Shown here piece by piece: positions 22,701-34,565 of a DNA stretch of 64,000 bases (within the stretch, counting starts at the first letter, position 1; each line of letters opens with the position of its first letter). A program made the position numbers and the translations under genes. Under the pieces are notes generated by a model that did no database searches, was not told where the DNA came from, and saw only the letters and a program-made list of their open reading frames with translations. The DNA is from Nemertoderma westbladi (Eukaryota > Animalia > Xenacoelomorpha), in assembly GCA_032718475.1 (NCBI GenBank), contig JAUCBJ010004334.1, positions 76,921-140,920 on the forward strand, written 5' to 3'.

Positions 22701-24261
22701 AAATTCGGTTGAACACAGTACTGGTCGTCTGGTACCGGGTACCAGCTACTGCGGTACCGGTACTAAGGTTGAATTGAATTGCCGACCTATTGTCTGTTAG
22801 TTGCTTGTTTCTACCTGTACTAAACACTAAACCGAAAGTGGATGAACTAAACATTGAAAATATATAACTAACTTGCATGTAATGTAATAGAGGTGTAGTG
22901 TGTAGTGGTATCGGTACTTACTGTTGAAAGTAAGTAACACCCAGTAATAGTAAATGGACAGAAATGTGATTAGATTCAGATTCAAGTGACTGTGTGTTCT
23001 TTTGGTTTAAGAATTACACAAAAAATCCAGATTGGAGTCCACATTGAAAATAAATTCGTCAAATTGCGGATCTTTTCTTACTTTTTGGGGGGTGCAGCTG
23101 CATCCCTTGCACCCCATTGGCGCCGGCCATGCAACCATGTCTCGCAAGCATACAACAAACTTGAGACTACACAAGCCTCAAAAACTCTACTACGTTTGTA
23201 TATGAAGGGCATAGATGGGTTTGCTTTATAAAAAATCAAAAATTTATTAGAGGCGTCTACGCATCGCTTTTCATGGTGTGCCAGAACGGAGGACAGTAAT
23301 GTATTCGCTGTAAATGGTGATCTTTCTTAAAATCCCCTAAAATTAATGGCAGTTGATCACTTTTCTCACCGTTAATAACAAAAAATCTAGTTTTGTCCTC
23401 ATTCATTTTCTTTCCTGAAAATTTACAAAATTTTTTTACAAAATTTTACAAAATCTACTACAGCTTGTAATTTAATTCAGTTAAGCACCATATCAGTTAT
23501 TATTAATTAAGCTCCCTTTGATTGATATGATTGATATGAGCCCATACGGGCTCTTATATTTTTTTAATATCAAGGATGACCGCACACAATATTAAAATTG
23601 TGCAATCAGTATACTATACAGTACAGTACAGTAGACCTTTCTGGAAGTAGAAAGTATAACATTATCATCCATTAAAATAATTACATGTAGTACACCAATG
23701 AACCCATCCCTCTCAACAGCCTGTCTAATCATAATGACCATCTTTTGAGAAAAATACTAAATAAAATACAGCTGCTTGGGGCGCCTTGTCTAACACCAAC
23801 GGTAGAAATCACAACAGCAGCAGTGCTTAAAATATTTTTTGTGCATTTATACACAGTGCTTTAATCATGGCTTTACCGCAACCCAATTCCTTTAAATATT
23901 CAAAATTTTTCGTGTGACACCCTATCTGTAAGCTTTGCTGTAATCAATGAAAACGACAAAAAGTCGTTATCTTTCTATATACAGCAAAATTAATTATTAA
24001 GCGCAAAGCCATTATTTGTTCTATACACCCTCAGCCCCATTGTGCACCAGCCTGACACGAGTCAATACTACACCACAATAGCAATCTCTTAGTTATTATT
24101 ATGTCATATAGCTTAGAACAAGTGTCCATGATGCTAATCCCTCGATATTGTTACAATCTAGCTTATTCCCCTTTTCAAACAACATACACAGCTTACTACG
24201 ACACCAGTCAGTCAGAGTACCAACAAAATATAAATATTAAGTGGAATTGATTTAGTTACCA

Positions 24262-27034
24262 TCACAAAGCATCCCCCATCTGTAAACAGTACCAAAGTAT
24301 TTTAAATTTGTTTGGTTTAAAACAAATTATTCGAGATTCTACCAGAATTACCAGTAAAACTTCTACTTTACTAGATCACATCCTTTGTAATAATACCGAT
24401 ATTATTTCTCAATCTGGGGTTTTACCTATAGGTCTAAGCGATCATTTTATAGTTTTTTGCACAAGAAAGACACAAAAATCTTTTTTCGGGGATCATAAAA
24501 CAGTAACAGTTAGGTCTATGAAAAATTACAGCAAGGAACGCTTTTTAAGTTTGTTAGTTAATTCTGACTGGGAACCCTGTTTTAAGGCCGCTGACATTAA
24601 CCTTGCGTACACTGTTTTTAAAGATATATTTTTAAAGGCACTTAATACTGTAGCACCAATTAAAGAAATTAGACTTAAACAACGCACTGAGCCCTGGATG
24701 ACCTCGGGTATTCTTAGTAATATCAGAGAAAGAGATAACTATTTGTATAAATTTAGGAAATACCGTGTTTTAGCTGATTATAATAATTACTGCAAATATA
24801 GAAACCTTGTCCAACGGGAAATAAAAAAAGCTAAATCTGAATATTTGTACAACAAAATAAGTGAGAATAAAGATAATCCAAAAAGTCTATGGTCTACCCT
24901 AAAATCTTTAGGTTATAAAAACCTTAAATCTAAATCGAATATTGTTCTGCAAGATAACGGTGAGCTGATTCATGATCATACTCTAGTTAGTAATTTATTT
25001 AATAATTATTTTACTAATGTTGCCTCTAATTTAGTTAAGAAATTACCGTTATCAAGTAATAAATATAGTATAGGGTCCGAAACTCTAAATAATTTTTATT
25101 TAGAAAAGTTACAAAATTCAGAAAAGTTATTTTTAAAACCCGTTTCTGAGGATTTCGTTTTTAAAAATCTACTTAGCCTATCAGCCTCAAAAAGTACCGG
25201 TCTAGATCTAATACCTGCCCGTTTTCTTAAGGATGGTGCTGAAGTACTTAAAGTGCCTATTACTTTTATTATTAATTACTCTATCGTAGATAATGTAGTA
25301 CCAGACGAACTGAAATTAGCTAAGGTTGTTCCTCTGTATAAAAAGAATAGTAAAGTAGAACCCTGTAATTACAGACCTGTTAGTATCTTAAGTATTGTAT
25401 CTAAAATTCTAGAACGTTCTGTTTTTCTACAGCTGGAGGCACATCTTAGTAGGCTAAATCTGATTTATGAACTTCAGTCCGGTTTTCGTAAATCATATTC
25501 TACAGACACCTGCCTTATTAACTTAACTGATACAATTAGATGTAATAACGCAAAGGGTTTATATACTGGTATGGTAATGTTGGACCTACAAAAGGCTTTC
25601 GATACTGTAGATCACGAAATTCTGCTTGGTAAGTTAGGCCTGATGGGTGTAGGTTCTATAGACTGGTTCAAGTCCTACCTGTCAGACAGAGGTCAAACTG
25701 TAGTCATTAGCAAATCGCTGTCTACTGTACAAGAAATTACCTGTGGTGTACCGCAAGGTAGTATATTAGGTCCTCTGCTTTTTGTATGCTATGTAAATGA
25801 TATGATAAGTAGTATAGATCCCGATTTTAAACTCATTTTATATGCCGACGACAGTGCTCTTATTTTCTCTCATAAAGATCCTATCCATATTTCCCAAAAG
25901 TTAAGTGCAGTTCTAGAATCCTGTAATGAGTGGTTGGTTGATAATAAGCTATCCATTCACAACGGTAAAACTGAAAGTATTTTGTTTGGTTCCAAAAGAA
26001 AGTTAAAGAAGGTAACTAAGTTTGAAGTCACTAGTAATGGACATAAGATTGAAAATAAAAAGGAAGTTAAATATTTAGGCGCCACATTGGATAACTGCTT
26101 ATCAGGAGAAAGTACAGTGAAAAATATTTTCTCGAAAGTTAACAGTAGGCTTAGGTTTCTATACAGAAATAAAAATAGTTTGAACACCGACTCCCGCAAG
26201 TTACTTTGCTCTTCTTTAATACAGTGTCACATGGACTATGCGTGCTCTTCTTGGTATGAAGGCTTAACCAAACAACTTAAATGTAAATTACAAGTAGCTC
26301 AGAATAAAGTAGTACGATTTATTAAAGACTACAAACCTAGGCACCACCTAACTCCAGATGACTTTTCTGAATCTGGACTACTTAACTTAGATAGTAGAGT
26401 TAAGCAGCTACGCCTTAACCATGTGCATAAAGTGTATAATGGTAAATGTCCCAATTACCTGAAACAAAAATTCAACAGAGTACGCGATACACACTCTTAC
26501 AGTACCAGAGCTAGTGCTTCAAACTTCTACCTCCCGAATTGTAAATCCTTCGAATCGGATACTTTCTTTTTTAACGGCATAAAAAATTGGAACGCTCTGC
26601 CTAATGAAATTAAAAACCTAAATAATCAACATTCTTTTAAATCTGCAGTTAAATCTCACCTCCGTGTGCAATGTAAAAATAGGTACAATAGTCCTACAGT
26701 AAGTTATTAGTTTATTAATTATTTACTATTTATACTGTAATTACGTTTTATAATAAATTGTTCTGTACATTACATATTTATCGTTGAGTCGGGCATTGTC
26801 ACGCTCTCGGTAAAGTTGTACATGTACATAGTGTAATTACGTTTTATATTGGTTTTAGGTTAGCGTAGTGTAATATTGTATTTGTAACCAAGTAACATAA
26901 AGGACCCCCTTGGAAATAAGCTGCAAAGCTTTAGGGGTAATCCTATATGTTATGTTGGACAATACCTTTATACCGGTATATTGTTTGGTGTATTTGTTAT
27001 TGTTTTTACATAATGTATAAATAAATCTATCTAT
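24262..27034 (+). mobile_element. L2-group (Crack/Daphne-like) LINE copy 3, 5'-truncated, RT intact, (CTAT)n tail
   Basis: 800-aa ORF plus a 3' UTR shared with copies 1 and 2. Confidence 0.92.
24308..26710 (+). CDS. LINE ORF2 (APE C-terminus + complete RT), N-terminally truncated
   Basis: [42 protein letters not shown]. Confidence 0.9.
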   Translation: MFGLKQIIRDSTRITSKTSTLLDHILCNNTDIISQSGVLPIGLSDHFIVFCTRKTQKSFFGDHKTVTVRSMKNYSKERFLSLLVNSDWEPCFKAADINLAYTVFKDIFLKALNTVAPIKEIRLKQRTEPWMTSGILSNIRERDNYLYKFRKYRVLADYNNYCKYRNLVQREIKKAKSEYLYNKISENKDNPKSLWSTLKSLGYKNLKSKSNIVLQDNGELIHDHTLVSNLFNNYFTNVASNLVKKLPLSSNKYSIGSETLNNFYLEKLQNSEKLFLKPVSEDFVFKNLLSLSASKSTGLDLIPARFLKDGAEVLKVPITFIINYSIVDNVVPDELKLAKVVPLYKKNSKVEPCNYRPVSILSIVSKILERSVFLQLEAHLSRLNLIYELQSGFRKSYSTDTCLINLTDTIRCNNAKGLYTGMVMLDLQKAFDTVDHEILLGKLGLMGVGSIDWFKSYLSDRGQTVVISKSLSTVQEITCGVPQGSILGPLLFVCYVNDMISSIDPDFKLILYADDSALIFSHKDPIHISQKLSAVLESCNEWLVDNKLSIHNGKTESILFGSKRKLKKVTKFEVTSNGHKIENKKEVKYLGATLDNCLSGESTVKNIFSKVNSRLRFLYRNKNSLNTDSRKLLCSSLIQCHMDYACSSWYEGLTKQLKCKLQVAQNKVVRFIKDYKPRHHLTPDDFSESGLLNLDSRVKQLRLNHVHKVYNGKCPNYLKQKFNRVRDTHSYSTRASASNFYLPNCKSFESDTFFFNGIKNWNALPNEIKNLNNQHSFKSAVKSHLRVQCKNRYNSPTVSY

Positions 27035-27800
27035 ATATGCTAAGTTAATTTCATCATGTATTTTTATGCGGACGCACATATCTTTAAATTTCCTAACAAA
27101 TTATTAATTAACATTAAAAGTCATATACATATAATAATAGTAATACATGATAGTGTGCAACATAATATCAGTTAATGAAAAAATTAGGCATCGAATTATT
27201 GTGAATGGAATTTGAAGTATAATTATTTCCTTGCGATATTTACCATCACGTTATTGCATTGGTTTAATTTCTTCGAATATACACAGTGTGAATATAATAT
27301 ACAGTTTGAATTTCTATAATATAATATAATATTAATAATCTTGGGAATTAAATGGAAAGATCCTTTCTTGTTTGCTATCAAATGTTTTCAGGAATAATAC
27401 TTGATTGATATAATTAATTAATTAACTAACACCCTTTACATTTAATTAGGGTTTAAGAAACCATAATAATACATTACAATGGCATAGATGGAAGCAAGCC
27501 TAGAGTAGCCTCAGATAGCATGTGGTTAGTAGAGCCAGCAATAGGGCATGGCGCCCTTTTAGCGCAACAACCAGTCGCATATCGGAGCACTTGCCATTGA
27601 ATGATTTACATTTTATAACGGAAGTTGGCTAGCTTTAATGCGCACCGCTTGTCTCATAGGGATAGGGCAAATGTAAAAATACTCTAACTCTCTCTTGGAA
27701 GACGATTTTCTGAGAGATACAGTAGCTCTATTGTTCTAGGGCATACAACAACAATTAAATTACAGAACCAACGGTCAAGAAAGTAACCATTCAGAAAGTA

Positions 27801-28300
27801 TGTGGGGCAAGCGACGAAAGTAAGCGAGCTTAGCATACAGGTACCACTAACTCTATCGGTGTGTCTGTTGCTCTGTTGTTGATCTGTTGCTCTGTTGTTC
27901 TGTTGTACTGTTGTTCTGTCGTTCTGTCATGTCCAATTTTAAACGTTGATAACTCAGCCAAATATTAATGAAATTTAACCAAACTTGGTACCTAACCTGG
28001 CCAAAGTTTATAAATTTTTCAAGTTGAATTTTCGTGTGGCCTTCGAGAAGCTAAGATAATAGCAGTTAATTAGTTAATTAAGTTGATTAGGGTAAAAACA
28101 TCAATTTCAACCTGCCTTCTTAAAGGATATTAATTATTTTCTAGTATAAGATTTAAATAATAATTATACTTAAAAGTTATACAACTGTAATCCCCATACA
28201 CGATACCATTACAGTTTTTAATTAGTTCAAGAGATTTGCTTTGATTTGATGTATTTTTAATGGATCTAAACGTAATTAAATTAAAATGCACTCCATTACA
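27801..28300 (+). mobile_element. Non-autonomous Helentron/DINE-1-like (HINE) element, copy B
   Basis: 5' hairpin followed by a (TCTGTTG)n microsatellite, then a body shared with 19680-20133. Confidence 0.6.
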
Positions 28301-28813
28301 GTACATAACGCTCATTGTGACCTGTACAAAACAAAGAGGTAAAGTCGCGTCACGTCCCAAAGAGCGTTAGGTTCCAAAGAGCTTTAGGTCCCATTGCCAG
28401 AGAGCGTGAGGTCACATTGCCATTTAAAGGAGCAGGTTAGTAAAGAAGCAGGTTACAGAGGCGTGTTGGGGAACCAAAACAATAAACGAAAGTTAACACA
28501 TGTGTTTTGTATTTCTACAGGTCTTTATTATTTGGGTCGTTGGTCTTTGTTTTGTAGTTACCCGACCCTGCGGTGTTGCGTTGCACCCACACTCAACTCC
28601 CAACTTCCTGGACACTAGGATACTGAGTGAAAGCGTCTGAAACTACTACAGGAACTCCATGACAGACTATGGGCTAGCGACTAGGGACTGGCGCCCTTAC
28701 GAACATGTAAACTGTAGTACCTACTGTACCACCTACCTTAAAGTGACCTGTGGGACCAGCCCATTATTAGTGAGGTCGGCATTTCTCTTTATCCTGCCGC
28801 TCTCTTTGTATTG

Positions 28814-29155
28814 CAATAGCATACAGCTAACCAATGGCAATGGTCTACCCCCAGTGCGGGAAAGACAAGCTGGCTACCATTGATCATTGAAATGAATAGG
28901 GGAAGGATAATATGGTGTGTTCGTGTTCCCATCCTAATGTCTGTCGTCTTGGCTCAGCTAAGCTTAAACAGAGCCACATTACAATAGCATACAGCTAACC
29001 AATGGCAATAGTCTACCCCCATTGCGGGAAAGACAAGCTGGCTACCATTGATCATTGAAATGAATAGGGGAAGGATAATATGGTGTGTTCGTGTTCCCAT
29101 CCTAATGTCTGTCGTCTTGGCTCAGCTAAGCTTAAACAGAGCCACAGTCTACAAT
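28814..29155. repeat. 168-bp tandem duplication
   Basis: Units start at CAATAGCATACAGC (28814 and 28982). Confidence 0.9.
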
Positions 29156-29535
29156 AGAGCTTTACCTAAATACACTTCCAGTGAGCCAAGCAGTAGTGGT
29201 GGGTTAGCTCCAAAATGCCCATGTAGGATTTCTTCGGGGGGGGGGGGGGGGGGGGGGGGGGTTGGGGAGGGAATGTCCGGAAATCGAAGCCTTTTTCTAT
29301 CTGCCAACATCCTGGGCTTTACTTACACTCAGCCTCTATTCACTGGCTGTGATTGACAAGCCAACGTGCCTCAGAAGTTCCTTTCATGAATGCCGCAATT
29401 TATATTTGGCCATTTTGGTCGTTTTGGCCGCCAAAATGACCAAGTTAATGTTTATTGGGATTGGGACTGTACTCGTGGACACATATTGGCCAATATGAAT
29501 CCAGGGGAATGGATAATTAAATTCGTACTGTAACT

Positions 29536-29777
29536 GGTTAAATAACTGTCCTTCGTCATATAAACCCACATTATACAAAATATACATTGATGATTGTTTC
29601 ATGATCTTTGATTCTAAGGAACAATCTTTACTATTTTTAGACTACCTCAACAAACAGCACGCTAACATAACTTTCACATGTGAACACGAAACCGATTCTA
29701 AACTATTTTTCTTGGACGTTCTTGTTACTATCAACAATAATTTATCTATCGCCGCATCCATTTACCACAAACCTACA
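29536..29777 (+). mobile_element. Penelope-like RT fragment
   Basis: Manual translation WLNNCPSSYKPTLYKIYIDDCF..FLDYLNKQHANITFTCEHE..LFFLDV..IYHKPT. Confidence 0.85.
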
Positions 29778-30002
29778 TAGGTAGTAAACCTACGAGAGTA
29801 CATCAGTACTGATGTTGTGACTGATACTGCAATGTACCGGTAGTTCTCTAGCAGCACTAGCAGACATCTGACTTTGATTCAATATTCCATACCATACTGC
29901 CCTTACACTGCCTTTTCGCTTTACATAATTAACTGTTGTTGACTTAAAGGTCACGCGTTTCAATCTGAAAAAGATTACATTCCTACCTGGAACTATTTGA
30001 AT

Positions 30003-31868
30003 ATGACTCCTACTCCTTACACTCCAGAGAGGCCTCCGATTACCGGTAGGTCTACATCGCCGGTCGCGGCCACTGACTATCAAAACTCTCCGTCCCACTC
30101 GTCAACTGAGCCGATACCTACACTACCGGTAGGCCTATTAGCTCCAGCACTTCCGCAGTCGCCAGACGCCTCATTGATTGTCTTGGGGGCCGATAGTCAG
30201 ATTAATTCAAATGATGACGCCGGTACCGCTGCTGGTATTCTCATCGAGTGTACCGGTACTCATACACCCGATTCTATTGATTATTCAAGTTGGTCTAATA
30301 ATCGACTGAAAAAAGAGCTGTCAGCTTATGGCCTTAAAACATCCAGGAATAAGACATAATTAATTCTTAGACTACAATCTAAACCAGAAACTAATCACTT
30401 AGTTACGGTACGTGGTCGCTCTCGATCTCTACAGCAGCCAATAAGCCCTCCTAGTAGGCATACCTCACTCACTAAACAAAGCAATTTCGCAGTGACTATA
30501 GCTGATAGTGCTGGTCCAGAAACTAATTCTAATCAGATGATTTCCACTCCAGTAATTAATCAACTGAAAGAATACTTTAGTGAAGAGTTAACTAGGGTGT
30601 CTAGTCCAGTGTCTGTGGTGGCCAGCAAACTAGATGGCGTAGCTGAAAGGTTGTTTGAAATTGAAAAAAGTCAACATTTTATATCAGATGGATATGATAG
30701 ACTATTTAATCTTGTTTCATCCCTAAAAGAAGAAAACGAATATCTCAAATCGTCTGTCAAATCTATGGGTGATAAACTGGTGTCACAAGAAATTACGATA
30801 AGAAAACAGGAGACTCAGATCAATGACATGGACCAGTATCAAAAGAGGAATAACATCATTATAAATGGAATCCCCGAGTTAGTCGACGATGCAGTCCTCG
30901 AAGAAACGGTAATTAAAATCGGAGAATGCCTCGGAGTTACACACTTAACATCAGCCTCAATAGAGGCCTGTCATCGTTTAGGGCGCAAGTCATCAACCGC
31001 TGTTCGAAATACACCGCGAAGTGTCATTTGTCGATTCCCGAATAGAAAACATAAAGAAGAGCTAATGAATAAAAGAGGAAAATTAAATAGCGGCTGCCTG
31101 TCGAAATTAAACCTGGGGAAAATTTACTTCAATGAGCACCTGTCCAATGCAAATAGAGACCTTTTTAACAAGGCTCTATCCGCTAAGAAAAACCTTAATC
31201 TTAAGTATATTTGGTCCCGAAATGGCGCAATATTTTTGAGAAAGGACGACGGGAGTACCGCCTATAGAATATCTTCTCATGATGCGCTAAACGATGTCAT
31301 CCGAAGGTATGACACTGATCAGCCTTCTTCTGGTAGGAACAAACGCGACTATACCGATTCCGCTAAACGTCCGGGCGAGATTCGGTCATCCGGCACGTAC
31401 AAACGCGACTATACCGATTTCGCTAAACGTCCGGGCGAGATTCGGTCGTCCGGCACGTACAACCGCGACTATACCGATTCCGCTAAACGTTCGGACGAGA
31501 TTCGGTCGTCCGGCACGTACAAACGCGACTATACCGATTCCCCTAAACGTCTGGACGAGATTCGGTCGTCCGGCACGTACAAACGCGACTATACAGATTC
31601 CGCTAAACGTTCGGACGAGATTCGGTCGTCCGGCACGTGCACACGCGACTATACCGATTCCGCTAAACGTTCGGACGAGATTCTCTCTCCCGGTAGGAGC
31701 CAGAGTGACCGCACTGAGGTCCACCCAGAGGCTGTTCACCACCAGAGTTCCTCCCCTGACTTTGTCAGGGGCCGAGTTGATAATTCCCAGGTCATTTCGA
31801 TGGTTGATGGATTGGACATACATTCGAAATACGACTGTTTGAGCGACCTAGGGGAAAACTTGGATTGA
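30003..31868 (+). pseudogene. LINE ORF1 with an N-terminal SAP-like motif; one in-frame stop at 30357-30359
   Basis: ORFs 29997-30359 and 30492-31868 are in the same frame; YSSWSNNRLKKELSAYGLKTSRNKT*LILRLQ; DMDQYQKRNNIIINGIPE, CHRLG, IYFNEHLS. Confidence 0.78.
31339..31683. repeat. 60-bp coding tandem repeat (YKRDYTDSAKRSDEIRSSGT), about 6 copies
   Basis: Direct inspection. Confidence 0.92.
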
Positions 31869-32247
31869 TGGAATGCTTATCGCAGTTGAGCTACCTTGTG
31901 TGTTAGAGTCGACTCACTAGGTTTTAAACATGAGCTCAAATAGAAAAGGAATTCAAATAGATAAGTAAATCCTATCATTAATTCCTGCTTTTTTGCTTTT
32001 TAACTTGCATCATTAAACTATGTGAAAATTTATTTTTCTGTTTGTAGAGTACTTGAACTGTAAACTTACTAAATTGAACTTCGTCTGTAAACTGAACTTA
32101 TAGATCGTCGCTTAACTAACTTGATATTATTTCTTCTTGGAAGACTAAATCCAAAAAAATAGTAAACATATAAAAAATAAAATTTATATGTTAAAAATAA
32201 TGGAAAAGGCCTATGTGCTATTTTAACCCTTTCGATAGGGCTAATAC

Positions 32248-33022
32248 CTACAATTTTTGGTTGAACTAGTTTTTTATACGTTGGTTGAACTAAGCTACAA
32301 TTTTTGGTTGAACTAGTTTTTTATACGTTGGTTGAACTAAGCTACAATGTTTTGGTTGAACTAGATTTTTATACGTTGGTTGAACTAAGCTACAATGTTT
32401 TGGTTGAACTAGTTTTTTATACGTTGGTTGAATTAAGCTACAATTTTTGGTTGAACTAGTTTTTTATACGTTGGTTGAACTAAGCTACAATTTTTGGTTG
32501 AACTAGTTTTTATACGTTGGTTGAACTAAGCTACAATGTTTTGGTTGAACTAGTTTCTTATACGTTGGTTGAACTAAGCTACAATTTTTGGTTGAACTAG
32601 TTTTTTATACATTGGTTGAACTAAGCTACAATGTTTTGGTTGAACTAGTTTTTTATACGTTGGTTGAACTAAGCTACAATGTTTTGGTTGAACTAGTTTC
32701 TTATACGTTGGTTGAACTAAGCTACAATTTTTGGTTGAACTAGTTTTTTATACGTTGGTTGAACTAAGCTACAATGTTTTGGTTGAACTAGTTTTTTATA
32801 CGTTGGTTGAACTAAGCTACAATGTTTTGGTTGAACTAGTTTCTTATACGTTGGTTGTACTAAGCTACAATTTTTGGTTGAACTAGTTTTTTATACGTTG
32901 GTTAAACTAAGCTACAATGTTTTGGTTGAACTAGTTTTTTATACGTTGGTTGAACTAAGCTACAATGTTTTGGTTGAACTAGTTTTCTTTTCATACGTTG
33001 GTTGAACTAAGCTACAATATTT
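32248..33022. repeat. 47-48-bp minisatellite (two TTGGTTGAACTA subunits per unit), about 16 copies
   Basis: Direct inspection. Confidence 0.93.
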
Positions 33023-33248
33023 TGTTAGGATAATGTATGGTTGGGATATTGGTACTGGGCATTTTAATTATTGTATTACTTCTGTCTAGTGCTGTAGATT
33101 CTCCGGTAAACAACACTAATTGTCTATGGAGTGTCCCCGTTCACTTATTTGATCCGACGACTACAAAAAAACTACCCCCCACCCCCACCCCTCACTCTCT
33201 CTCTCTACCCCTACCGCCTACCCTACTCAAATCTACTAAACTAACGCT

Positions 33249-34500
33249 ATGGACAATCTTCACTGTGATTTTTGCTTCTCTGTGTTCACTAATTCAGATT
33301 GTAAATTGCATTGTGAGCTTTGTGGCTTCACATATCACTCACAATGTGGCACATGTCTCACCCAAAGCGAGGTGGATACCTATTTGAGCACGGTTGGTGG
33401 TCTGTGGTGCATTTACTGTTATTTGGAACTGTTTCCTTTTGGATATGTTAATAGTGATGATGACGATATATTTGGTGATTCGTCTACCCATTGTAATTTA
33501 AACTTCGACGACGATCTATCTAATTCTCCATTCAATGATATTGATCCTGACATAAATTTAGATAATAACAATATTTCTCGGGGTTATCACACAGCTGATA
33601 CTTTTAATAAAGAATTCGGTAACTTAGAGAACTCTAAGTCGTTCTCGGCTTTTCATGTCAATAGCCAAAGCCTACCAACACATAAGTGTGAAATATCAAA
33701 TTTTTTCCAAACTTTGTCGAGTGATTTCGATGTGTTGACATTTTCTGAAACATTTATGAGCACTTCTTCGGACCCCTCAGAAATTACTTTTCCAGGTTAT
33801 GAGTTGGTCTCACAGGATAGGCGTGACACAAAACGAGGCGGCACTGCAATTTTCATTCGAGATGAGTTCGATTTTATTGAACGTACTGATTTACGAATAT
33901 CGGGACCTGAGAATTGCTGGATCGAAGTAAAACGTCCCCATCCAAATAAACCTCTAATAATAGGATGTATGTATGTTTCCCAAACAGTTGACCGTAATAA
34001 TTTTATCGATGATTTGGATAACTTACTATCCATGCTAGCTGATAAAGGCTATGACGTGATCATTACAGGTGACATGAACATCAATTTAAAAAAACCTTGT
34101 AATTTAACTCTTAATTACCTTCAAACCATAAACTCAAACGGTTTTAAGCAGGTCATTACAAAGCCAACTCGCATTAAAAGTTCTCCACCATCTTTGCTTG
34201 ACCATGTCATAACCAATATTAATACATCGATATCTAATGAGGGTGTTTTCCTAACAGAAATTGCCGATCACTTAACCGACATTCGTGATCTTAACAGATT
34301 ATTCTAATTATTTCAGGCCTGATACTACGAACTTTATTTCTGATTATTCAAATTTTGATCATACAACATTTTTAGCTGATTTGTCAGACATTGACACGTG
34401 GACCTATAATAACGCGAATAATCAGTTGAGATATCGCTTTGATATATTTTATTCAAATTTAGATGCAATATGTCAAAAGCATGCCCCACGCAAAAAAAAA
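33249..34500 (+). pseudogene. LINE ORF2 N-terminal part: PHD finger + APE endonuclease
   Basis: CDFC..CELC..HSQC..WCIYC; HVNSQSL, SET, GDMN, LLDH, ADH; frameshift near 34290 and truncation near 34500. Confidence 0.85.
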
Positions 34501-34565
34501 TTCAAGTCCAGACATTCAGTCTCCTTGGCCATCCATTTGGTGGATCTGACTAAATGTCGGCTCGC

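Larger units (their letters stand above)
29780..34500 (+). mobile_element. Two-ORF CR1/L2-like LINE, 3'-truncated (SAP-ORF1, minisatellite spacer, PHD-APE)
   Basis: ORF1 and ORF2 motifs; the ORF2 N-terminus is homologous to that of the 15.2-21.5 kb element (FPF..DDDDIF..IDPDI). Confidence 0.82.

Noticed and set aside
28323-28650. Possible short solo LTR (TG..AATAAA..CA)
   Set aside because: No convincing TSD and no second copy in the window
32248-33022. Alternating repeat resembling a CRISPR array
   Set aside because: The intervening sequences are themselves repeated; it is a plain minisatellite
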